From: Candidatus Woesearchaeota archaeon
Lineage (GTDB): Archaea; Nanobdellota; Nanobdellia; SCGC-AAA011-G17; PNOQ01
DNA length: 44,743 nucleotides
Reading direction: 5' to 3'
Assembly (NCBI GenBank): GCA_018302135.1
Contig: JAGWAE010000006.1
Span: forward strand, 1-44,743
Below the pieces are notes generated by a model. The model searched no databases, had not been told where the DNA came from, and was given only the letters and a program-made list of their open reading frames with translations. How positions within the stretch are numbered: position 1 is the stretch's first letter; each line of letters starts with the position of its first letter. This document shows, in pieces, positions 25,908 to 32,703 of the stretch. The position numbers were made by a program, and so were the translations under genes.

Positions 25908-26650
25908 ATAAGAAAGGAATATTACCAGTTATAACTTTAGTATTTACTCTTTTGTGTTTAAGTGCTTTTTTATTTTTTAGCCCGGAAGCTATGGATAATC
26001 AGAAAGATGTAGTTGGTGCAACAACTATAGAATTAATGAATTTAGATTTTAAATCTAAAGCAGATGCAATTTATGATGAACAAATTATAAAACAAAAGTT
26101 TAGTGAGAATTTTGTTAAGCTTGCTGAAAATGGTGGATATTATGAACAAAGTAAAACTGATGATGGATATGTTTATTGGAAAAGAGATAAAACAAATTGT
26201 TTTCCGAATGTTGAATTATTAAAAACTAATCTAATTAAATATATTAATTCTAGTGAAAAAGCTAGTTATGATTTTGATTTAATTTTCGATAAAACTAAAA
26301 TTGTTATTAATTTGAAAAATAATAAAGAATACATTGTTGAAAAAGATAATTATAAAATCAATATGAAACCTAAAAATGGTTTTGCAATAAGCTATAATTA
26401 TAATATTGATTCTTTGATGAATAACGTTTGGAAGGTTGAAAGAATCGTTAATTTATGTGAAGATGATAGGTCTTGTTGGGTTGATAATGCAGATTTCGTG
26501 TGGAAAAATGAGGACAAATTATATAAAGTAGAGCTAACTTCTGATAAAATAGTAGATGCCTTTGGGGAAAAAGAGGTGATCCTGAAGGCAGCTATTGATT
26601 TCGAAGAGTTGAATCCTTTAGAAGGAGAGGTGTTTGAATGCTTGGTTTAA
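25904..26650 (+). CDS. Class III signal peptide (pilin-like) protein, about 248 aa
   Basis: The leader MNKKG is followed by ILPVITLVFTLLCLSAFLFF. The ATG at 25904 gives an ATGA overlap with the previous stop and is preferred over the track start at 25895. Confidence 0.65.
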   Translation: MNKKGILPVITLVFTLLCLSAFLFFSPEAMDNQKDVVGATTIELMNLDFKSKADAIYDEQIIKQKFSENFVKLAENGGYYEQSKTDDGYVYWKRDKTNCFPNVELLKTNLIKYINSSEKASYDFDLIFDKTKIVINLKNNKEYIVEKDNYKINMKPKNGFAISYNYNIDSLMNNVWKVERIVNLCEDDRSCWVDNADFVWKNEDKLYKVELTSDKIVDAFGEKEVILKAAIDFEELNPLEGEVFECLV

Positions 26651-27636
26651 GTTATGAAGATATAATTGAAAAAATTGTTAAAGAGACTGCTATGTCCCGA
26701 GCAGTTTTAGAAAAAAAAATTGAGGATAAAATAAAACAGTTATCTGATTTAATTAGTAGGGAAGGTGCAGCACAGATAATCGCTAATCAACTTGGCGTTA
26801 AATTAGTTGAAAGTTTTGGAAGTAAAAGTTTAAAATTGAAAGAAATACCTAAAGGAACTAGTTCTGTTAATTTTTTAGCAAGAGTTATTCAAATTTATGG
26901 TGTAAGAGAGTTTAACAAAGAAGGTAGAATTGGGAAGGTTGCTAATTTGTTAATTGGAGATGAAACTGGAAGTTTGAGAATGGTAATATGGGATGATAAA
27001 TTAATCAAAGAGCTTGAAAATGGAGCTATTAATGAAGGAGATGTGATAAAAGTTAGTAATGCATATTCAAGAGTTAATAATAATTTTAATGAGTTACATT
27101 TGGGTTCTAGAGCAGTAATAAATATTAATCCAGATGGAGAAAAAATTCCAGAAATTCAAGGCAGAGTTAGTGTTTTAGAAAAGTTTGAATCTGTAAAAAT
27201 CTCAGAATTGAAAGAAGGAATGCAAGTTGAATTAAATGGAACTGTAGTTCAATTGTTTGAACCAAGACATTATTTGGCTTGTCCACATTGCAATAAAAAA
27301 GTATTTCAACAAGGATTAGAATATAAATGCAATACTCATGATGTGGTTGAACCTAAAAAATCTCCAATTGTAAATATGTTTTTTGATGATGGTTCTGGAA
27401 ATGTTAGAGTTGTTTTATTTGCTAATCAAGCTATGCAGTTGTTGAATAAAACTTCTGAGGAAATAGTAAATACTAATAATGAAAAAATTGAATTATTTAA
27501 AAAGGATGTTTTAGGAAAACAAATGTTAATTAGTGGGAGAGTTATAAGAAATCAAATGATGGATAGGTTAGAAATAATATCTAGTAATGTAAAAGAAGCA
27601 AACCCTGTAGAGCTAATTCAAATGTATGAAAAATGA
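26638..27636 (+). CDS. Replication protein A (RPA/RFA-type ssDNA-binding protein; OB folds plus zinc ribbon)
   Basis: Helical N-terminus (AMSRAVLEKKIEDKIKQLSDLISREGAAQIIANQLGV), an OB fold (VNFLARVIQIYGVREF..GKVANLLIGDETGSLRMVIWDD) and a Zn motif (CPHCNKKV..YKCNTH) inside a second OB fold. Confidence 0.8.
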   Translation: MLGLSYEDIIEKIVKETAMSRAVLEKKIEDKIKQLSDLISREGAAQIIANQLGVKLVESFGSKSLKLKEIPKGTSSVNFLARVIQIYGVREFNKEGRIGKVANLLIGDETGSLRMVIWDDKLIKELENGAINEGDVIKVSNAYSRVNNNFNELHLGSRAVININPDGEKIPEIQGRVSVLEKFESVKISELKEGMQVELNGTVVQLFEPRHYLACPHCNKKVFQQGLEYKCNTHDVVEPKKSPIVNMFFDDGSGNVRVVLFANQAMQLLNKTSEEIVNTNNEKIELFKKDVLGKQMLISGRVIRNQMMDRLEIISSNVKEANPVELIQMYEK

Positions 27637-28085
27637 TGTTTAAAACACATTTAATCTTTGGTATATTGGCGGGTTTATTTTTTGCTCGTGCATTTATTAT
27701 TGAATATAGTTATTTGTTTGTTGCGGTTGTTGCATTTTTTGCTATTTTTCCAGATATTGATATGTATAAAAGTAAAATTGGAAGTAAAGTAAAACCAATC
27801 TCTTTTATTTTGAACTTTTTATTTGGACATAGAGGATTTGTACATAGCTTATTATTTGCTTTTGGAATTTATGGTTTATTTTATTTCTTTGTAAATAGTA
27901 CTTATGCAGCTGCTAGTTTTATTGGATTTAGTTCGCATTTATTATTGGATGGGCTTTCTCCAGATGGAATAAAACCTTTGTTTCCTTTTAGGCCTAGGAT
28001 AAATGGAATAATAAGAAGTAATGGTATTGTAGATTATGCTTTGTTCTTTACGTTTTTAGCAGGAATTGTTTGGATGTTAATTTGA
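27633..28085 (+). CDS. Membrane-bound metal-dependent hydrolase (YdjM/DUF457 family)
   Basis: 150 aa with 4 TM helices and the motifs FPDIDM, GHRGFVHS and SHLLLDG. Confidence 0.7.
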   Translation: MMFKTHLIFGILAGLFFARAFIIEYSYLFVAVVAFFAIFPDIDMYKSKIGSKVKPISFILNFLFGHRGFVHSLLFAFGIYGLFYFFVNSTYAAASFIGFSSHLLLDGLSPDGIKPLFPFRPRINGIIRSNGIVDYALFFTFLAGIVWMLI

Positions 28086-28571
28086 GGGTAGATAACTTAT
28101 TATTTCTCTAATACATTTATCTAATGGTTTTGTAGCATCTATTTGAGTACCATATGTGAATTTTGTAGATTTTTTATAAACTGCTCTTGCTGCATCTTCA
28201 CCGTGTGTTTTTCCTCTTTCAACATCTCTAGCTATACAAACTTCTAATGGGGCTGTTAATGTGAAAACATAATGTGAAAATTTCAATCTTTTAATTAAAT
28301 CATCAACTTGAGATTTATGATAAAAATTTCCATCAAAAACAACAACTTTTCCTGTTTCTAAAAATGTTTTTGCTTCCGGAACAATTAGTTCATTTCCATG
28401 GATAAATGTTTTTTGTGAAATATATCCGTCTTCCCACACCCATTCTTTTTTGAAAGTATCAATAATTCGGTCTATGGATATATGTTTTGCTTTGATTTTT
28501 TCTGATAGGCTTTTCGCTATTGTTGACTTTCCTATCCCTAATGGGCCACGAATTATAACATAATATACCAT
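28077..28571 (-). CDS. P-loop kinase-like ATP-binding protein (AAA_33/zeta-like fold)
   Basis: Walker A GPLGIGKST is at the extreme N-terminus of a 164-aa protein. The substrate is not assignable. Confidence 0.55.
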   Translation of the reverse strand: MVYYVIIRGPLGIGKSTIAKSLSEKIKAKHISIDRIIDTFKKEWVWEDGYISQKTFIHGNELIVPEAKTFLETGKVVVFDGNFYHKSQVDDLIKRLKFSHYVFTLTAPLEVCIARDVERGKTHGEDAARAVYKKSTKFTYGTQIDATKPLDKCIREIISYLPSN

Positions 28572-28644
28572 CTTAATATTGAATTTTTTAATTTATTTAT
28601 TAATCTATCGTAAAACTTAAATACAACTATTTTTTAGTAAATTT

Positions 28645-29178
28645 ATGAAAAAGAAAATAGTTATTTTGTTAGTAGTTGTTTTAATTGTAATATTGGGGGT
28701 TTTTACTATGGTTGGAAATGCTAAAAAAGTAGTTTTGTTAGAGACTAATATGGGAAATATAAAAATTGAAATGTATGATGATATGCCAATAACAACTGGT
28801 AATTTTGTAAAATTAGCAAATGATGGAGTTTATGATGGTGTAATATTCCATAGAGTTATATCTGGATTTATGATTCAAGGTGGAGATCCTACTGGTACAG
28901 GTTATGGTGATCCTAGTATTCCAAAAATAAAAGATGAGTTTGGTAAGAACAATAGAAACAATCGTGGAACTATAGCTATGGCTAATGCTGGTCCTAATAC
29001 GGGTTCGAGTCAGTTTTTTGTTAACTTAGTAAATAATAATTTCTTAGATAGTAAACATCCGGTTTTTGGTAAAGTAGTAGAAGGTATGGATATAGTTGAT
29101 AAAATTGCTAAAGTTGAAACGGATTCTAGTGATAAACCTATTGAAGAAGTTGTTATATTAAAAGCAAAAGTAATGTAA
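28645..29178 (+). CDS. Cyclophilin-type peptidyl-prolyl cis-trans isomerase with N-terminal signal anchor
   Basis: Motifs FHRVISGFMIQGGDP, GTIAMANAGPNTGSSQFFV and HPVFGKV are preceded by the hydrophobic segment KKKIVILLVVVLIVILGVF. Confidence 0.9.
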   Translation: MKKKIVILLVVVLIVILGVFTMVGNAKKVVLLETNMGNIKIEMYDDMPITTGNFVKLANDGVYDGVIFHRVISGFMIQGGDPTGTGYGDPSIPKIKDEFGKNNRNNRGTIAMANAGPNTGSSQFFVNLVNNNFLDSKHPVFGKVVEGMDIVDKIAKVETDSSDKPIEEVVILKAKVM

Positions 29179-29186
29179 AAAAGGGT

Positions 29187-29402
29187 TTATTCCGGTTGAG
29201 GAATTCCCATTTGTTTTAATTTAGCTTTTATATCTTGTTCAGATATTAACTTTTTGTCTAAAAGAACTCCAATCATTGCGTTTAATAATATATGGTTGTG
29301 TTCAACTATTTGCTGTACAGATATTTGTTGTTTTGGATGATCGTGACCACAATCGCAATTTTCTCCGCATTCTTCTTTCTTTACTTGTTTTTTAGTTGCC
29401 AT
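29187..29402 (-). CDS. Small Cys/His-rich protein (71 aa)
   Basis: A strong Shine-Dalgarno (GGAGGC) lies 5 nt before the ATG. The N-terminal CGENCDCGHDH cluster is followed by an amphipathic helix. No family is recognised. Confidence 0.5.
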   Translation of the reverse strand: MATKKQVKKEECGENCDCGHDHPKQQISVQQIVEHNHILLNAMIGVLLDKKLISEQDIKAKLKQMGIPQPE

Positions 29403-29521
29403 TTTATGCCTCCATGTGATTGATTTGAGTTTAAATTACTGGTTTTAAATGTTTCGGAATAAATTATTAATAATTTAAGTGGATTCTTTTAAATAGAAAT
29501 TAATTTATTTAAACGCTTGCC

Positions 29522-29535
29522 AGCTTGCCAACCAC
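29522..29535 (+). promoter_or_regulatory. GC-rich 14-nt motif AGCTTGCCAACCAC, copy 2 (upstream of the radA operon)
   Basis: Identical to the motif at 13377..13390 read on the minus strand. It lies exactly 10 nt upstream of TTTATAAA and is preceded by a partial tandem copy (GCTTGCC at 29515..29521). Confidence 0.55.
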
Positions 29536-29545
29536 CAGGAAATTA

Positions 29546-29553
29546 TTTATAAA
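29546..29553 (+). promoter_or_regulatory. TATA box for the 83-aa gene/radA operon
   Basis: TTTATAAA lies 63 nt upstream of the ATG at 29617. Here a leader with a strong Shine-Dalgarno (GGGGAGG) is present. Confidence 0.5.
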
Positions 29554-29616
29554 TGACATTAAACTAACTAGTTTTAACTCCATGAAATAAAAACCGAAAA
29601 GGGGAGGCGATATGGA

Positions 29617-29868
29617 ATGAATAAACCTATACAAAAATATAAATCTGGTTCTATAGAATGTGCAATTTGGGCAAATGAAAGAGAACTTAATGGGAATGTA
29701 GTTGAATTTAAGACTGTGAGCTTGAGAAAGGCTTGGAAAGATGACAAAGTTTGGAGAGATTCTGTGATTAATTTTAGGAGAGGTGATCTACCTCGAGCAA
29801 TTTTAGTTTTAGAAAAAGCTCAAGAAAATTTGTTGTTAGATAATAATGAGGTGGAAGAAAATGAATAA
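29617..29868 (+). CDS. Small conserved-looking protein coupled to radA, possibly PC4/YdbC-like ssDNA-binding fold
   Basis: 83 aa. The pattern GSIECAIWANE...G.VVEFKTVSLRKAWKDDKVWRDSVINFRRGDLPRAILVLEKA resembles PC4/YdbC-like beta-sheet-plus-helix proteins, ending in an acidic tail. It overlaps the radA start by 8 nt. Confidence 0.35.
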   Translation: MNKPIQKYKSGSIECAIWANERELNGNVVEFKTVSLRKAWKDDKVWRDSVINFRRGDLPRAILVLEKAQENLLLDNNEVEENE

Positions 29869-30817
29869 GGAAGAATTTACGTTAAAAGATTTACCAGGTG
29901 TAGGACCGGCAACAGTTGAGAAATTACAAGAAGCAGGTTATGATAATATATTAGCTATAGCAGTTGCTAGTATTAGTGAGCTAACTAATGCAGTTGGTGT
30001 TGGTGAAGGTGTTGCAAGAAAAATGATTCAAACTGCAAGATCTAAGTTAGATATGGGCTTTGAAACTGGAATTGACTTATTAGAAAAGAGAAAAAATGTT
30101 TTCAAAATAACTAGTGGAAGTGAAGCATTTGATACTTTGATAGGTGGTGGTTTTGAAAGTGGATGCATTACTGAATGTTTTGGTGCTTATGGTAGTTCAA
30201 AAACTCAGATAGCTAATTCTTTAGCAGTTCGTGTACAATTGCCTAAAGATAAAGGTGGTGCTGATGGTATGGCCGTTTTTATTGATACTGAAGGAACATT
30301 TAGACCTGAGAGAATAAAACAGATTGCAGAAGCCGTTGGAATTGATGCTGAGGAAGCATTAAAAAATATTAGAATTGCTAGAGCTTTTAATTCAGATCAT
30401 CAAATGATTTTAGTTGAAAAAATTGAAGAATTAATAACTAAAGAAAACTTACCAATTAAGCTTATTATTGTTGATTCTCTGACATCTCATTTTAGGGCGG
30501 AATTTGCTGGAAGAGGCTCTTTGGCTGAAAGACAACAGAAATTGAATAAACATATGCATGATTTAATGAAACTGTCTGCTAATTATAATGTTGCAATTTA
30601 TGTAACTAATCAAGTAATGGCTAGACCAGATACTTTCTTTGGTGATCCAAATGAGGCTATTGGAGGTAATATAGTAGGGCATAATTCAACGTTTAGACTT
30701 TACTTAAGGAGGGGCAAAAAAGGTTCAAGAGTGGCTAAACTTGTAGATAGTCCGAATTTACCTGAAGCGGAAGCTATATTCTATATTACTGAAAGTGGTG
30801 TAAGAGATGAGGAATAA
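29861..30817 (+). CDS. radA: DNA repair and recombination protein RadA (Rad51/RecA family)
   Basis: N-terminal HhH (LKDLPGVGPATVEKLQEAGY), a Walker A-like GAYGSSKTQ, Walker B LIIVDSLTSHFRAEF, and L1/L2 regions. The probable start is the ATG at 29861, preceded by GAGGTGG. Confidence 0.92.
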   Translation: MNKEEFTLKDLPGVGPATVEKLQEAGYDNILAIAVASISELTNAVGVGEGVARKMIQTARSKLDMGFETGIDLLEKRKNVFKITSGSEAFDTLIGGGFESGCITECFGAYGSSKTQIANSLAVRVQLPKDKGGADGMAVFIDTEGTFRPERIKQIAEAVGIDAEEALKNIRIARAFNSDHQMILVEKIEELITKENLPIKLIIVDSLTSHFRAEFAGRGSLAERQQKLNKHMHDLMKLSANYNVAIYVTNQVMARPDTFFGDPNEAIGGNIVGHNSTFRLYLRRGKKGSRVAKLVDSPNLPEAEAIFYITESGVRDEE

Positions 30818-30840
30818 TTCCTTTTTTTCTTTTCAAAAAC

Positions 30841-30848
30841 TTTATAAA
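30841..30848 (+). promoter_or_regulatory. TATA box for the Zn-ribbon/aEF-1beta pair
   Basis: TTTATAAA ends 24 nt before the ATG at 30873. Confidence 0.45.
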
Positions 30849-30872
30849 TAGCTCAATTACCCATGAAATATC

Positions 30873-31055
30873 ATGAAAACTGAAAATAACAATTTACACT
30901 GTGTATCTTGCAAAGTGGACTTGACAAATATGGCCGGATCTGTAGTTTTTGATTGTCCTGCTTGTGATAAGTCTAAAATAATTAGATGTAATAATTGCAG
31001 AAACAATGCTATAAAATATAAATGTTCTGAATGCGGTTTCGAAGGGCCAAACTAA
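30873..31055 (+). CDS. Zn-ribbon protein (COG2888-like, translation-associated)
   Basis: 60 aa with four CxxC pairs (CVSC, CPAC, CNNC, CSEC). It sits immediately upstream of aEF-1beta, the usual archaeal neighbourhood for this family. Confidence 0.7.
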   Translation: MKTENNNLHCVSCKVDLTNMAGSVVFDCPACDKSKIIRCNNCRNNAIKYKCSECGFEGPN

Positions 31056-31057
31056 AA

Positions 31058-31339
31058 ATGGCAAGAGCTGTAGCAACATTAAAAATAATGCCTTCTTCTC
31101 CCGATGTTGATTTGAATAAGTTAGAAGCAAAGGCTAAAGAAATAATATTTAGATTTCTTGGTGAAAAATCTGAAACCAAAATAAATATTGAGCCTGTTGC
31201 TTTTGGATTAAAAGCATTAATTATATTTTTTGTTATGGAAGAAAGTTTAGGAAGTCCTGATCCAATAGCTGAAAAGGTTGCTAATTTAAAAGAAGTTAAT
31301 TCTGCTGAAATAACTGATGTAAGAAGAGCTATTGGTTAA
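31058..31339 (+). CDS. ef1b: Translation elongation factor aEF-1 beta
   Basis: MARAVATLKIMPSSPDVDL..IEPVAFGLKALIIFFVMEE..VNSAEITDVRRAIG is the typical 90-aa aEF-1beta pattern. The ATG at 31058 is preferred over the track start at 31031. Confidence 0.85.
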   Translation: MARAVATLKIMPSSPDVDLNKLEAKAKEIIFRFLGEKSETKINIEPVAFGLKALIIFFVMEESLGSPDPIAEKVANLKEVNSAEITDVRRAIG

Positions 31340-32202
31340 AAAATAAAGTTTCCTAATAAAATACTAATTATTGTCCCTATCAAAAATGCAGGAATAAAAG
31401 CGATTCCATCTTTTACTAAAACTTTTTTCTTGTGTTTTTGTATTACTTCTATTTGTTTTTTTGTAACACCTAAAGATTTTTTTGAATAAACTAATTTATT
31501 ATTTATTATAATATCTTCTGCTATCCAGTCTCCATCTACTAATTTTTTTGTGTCAATCAATTTATACATTGAAATATTCTCTATAGACTTAACAGATAAG
31601 TAAAGATATAAGAAAGTTAATGGAACTATTGCCAACGCAAAAAATGCAAGTTGCAATGAATAATTTTTTATTATTAAAGCTAAAATTATAAATAAGAAAG
31701 ATAATATTAAGATAATTAATCTTATACTTTTGATATTCTTTTCTTTTGTTAATTCTCTAAAATGTTTTGTAAATTTTTTAATATTTTTTAAAATTAAAGT
31801 AAGGCTAACTAAAATACCATAAACTCCACCAGCAATTAATATGTTCATAAATAATATTATTGGAAAGGGTAAACTTAAGTTTGGATTAAATACGTTAATT
31901 AATTGTGCAGGATATTCTGGGAGAATTGCACCTAAGCCCATTAATATTTTTGAATCTCCGCCACCCCATTGTTTTGAAAGATACATTAATTCTGAAATTG
32001 CGAAAAATATTCCTAAAACTGTTAAACTTTTCAATATTGGTGAAAATGAATTTTCTTGTATTGATTTTAAAGAATAAATAGACAATCCTAGTAATATTAA
32101 ACTGTAACTTAACCAGTCTGGGACTTCCTTTGTTTTTATATCGCAGATAGCTGCGAATGTTAACCAGACTAAAACTATTGCCAATATTATCCAATCAAAC
32201 AT
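31336..32202 (-). CDS. Prepilin/preflagellin peptidase (A24 family; PibD/FlaK/EppA-like)
   Basis: Polytopic, 288 aa. The first catalytic Asp context is AAICDIKTKEVPDW and the second is the GxGD-type WGGGDSKILMGLG. A soluble insert precedes the last TM helix. Confidence 0.8.
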   Translation of the reverse strand: MFDWIILAIVLVWLTFAAICDIKTKEVPDWLSYSLILLGLSIYSLKSIQENSFSPILKSLTVLGIFFAISELMYLSKQWGGGDSKILMGLGAILPEYPAQLINVFNPNLSLPFPIILFMNILIAGGVYGILVSLTLILKNIKKFTKHFRELTKEKNIKSIRLIILILSFLFIILALIIKNYSLQLAFFALAIVPLTFLYLYLSVKSIENISMYKLIDTKKLVDGDWIAEDIIINNKLVYSKKSLGVTKKQIEVIQKHKKKVLVKDGIAFIPAFLIGTIISILLGNFIF

Positions 32203-32223
32203 AATCTTTTTTTGATAACTATA

Positions 32224-32231
32224 TTTATAAA
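32224..32231 (+). promoter_or_regulatory. TATA box for the 136-aa HExxH gene
   Basis: TTTATAAA ends 22 nt before the ATG at 32254. Confidence 0.45.
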
Positions 32232-32253
32232 CCTTTTTTAGTTAGGTTAAAAT

Positions 32254-32664
32254 ATGTTTGATGAAAAGGATGTTTTGAAAATATACAACACTGCTTATTC
32301 TGATTTTTCTAAAAAAAATAAAATAACTTGTGAATTAAAATTAGTTAAACAAGAAGAATTCAATCAAATTGCTAGAAAATCTAAATTAATCCAAGATTCT
32401 ATTAAGCAATCTATTGTCCCTTTTGCGGGTGCTTTAACGGATCATCTTTTAGGTAAGAGTGTGATTTATGCAAGTGCAGATATTTTGAATCAGTTATCAG
32501 ATGACAAGAATTTTGTTAAAGCTATTTTCATGCATGAGTTTTATCATATACTTCTCAAACAAAAAGTAAAAAAAGATAATGTAAAAGAAGAGTTGAAATC
32601 GGAAGAAAGGGTAAATAAGCAACTAGCTAAGGAATTTCCCAAACTAGCTAAGTACCTAGATTAA
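32254..32664 (+). CDS. Small soluble protein with HExxH motif (putative minimal metalloprotease-like)
   Basis: 136 aa. The only recognisable feature is FMHEFYHILL near the C-terminal third. Confidence 0.4.
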   Translation: MFDEKDVLKIYNTAYSDFSKKNKITCELKLVKQEEFNQIARKSKLIQDSIKQSIVPFAGALTDHLLGKSVIYASADILNQLSDDKNFVKAIFMHEFYHILLKQKVKKDNVKEELKSEERVNKQLAKEFPKLAKYLD

Positions 32665-32703
32665 TAGAAAACCTTTTAAATTATTTTCGGGTAAATTTAA
32701 GAT

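Noticed and set aside
21822-26650. Pilin-gene train as an integrated virus or plasmid segment (many small membrane ORFs)
   Set aside because: There is no capsid, replication or integrase gene and no flanking repeats. The genes share a prepilin-type leader and sit directly behind a secretion ATPase and platform, so a chromosomal pilus locus is the simpler reading.
29515-29529. Tandem GCTTGCC-A-GCTTGCC as a microsatellite or CRISPR-like repeat
   Set aside because: There are only two short copies. It is better explained as part of the operator-like element described in the findings.
30894-32194. ORFs 30894..31130 (-), 31841..32077 (+) and 31895..32194 (-)
   Set aside because: They overlap the Zn-ribbon/aEF-1beta genes or the prepilin peptidase gene in other frames. 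The recognised genes account for the sequence.
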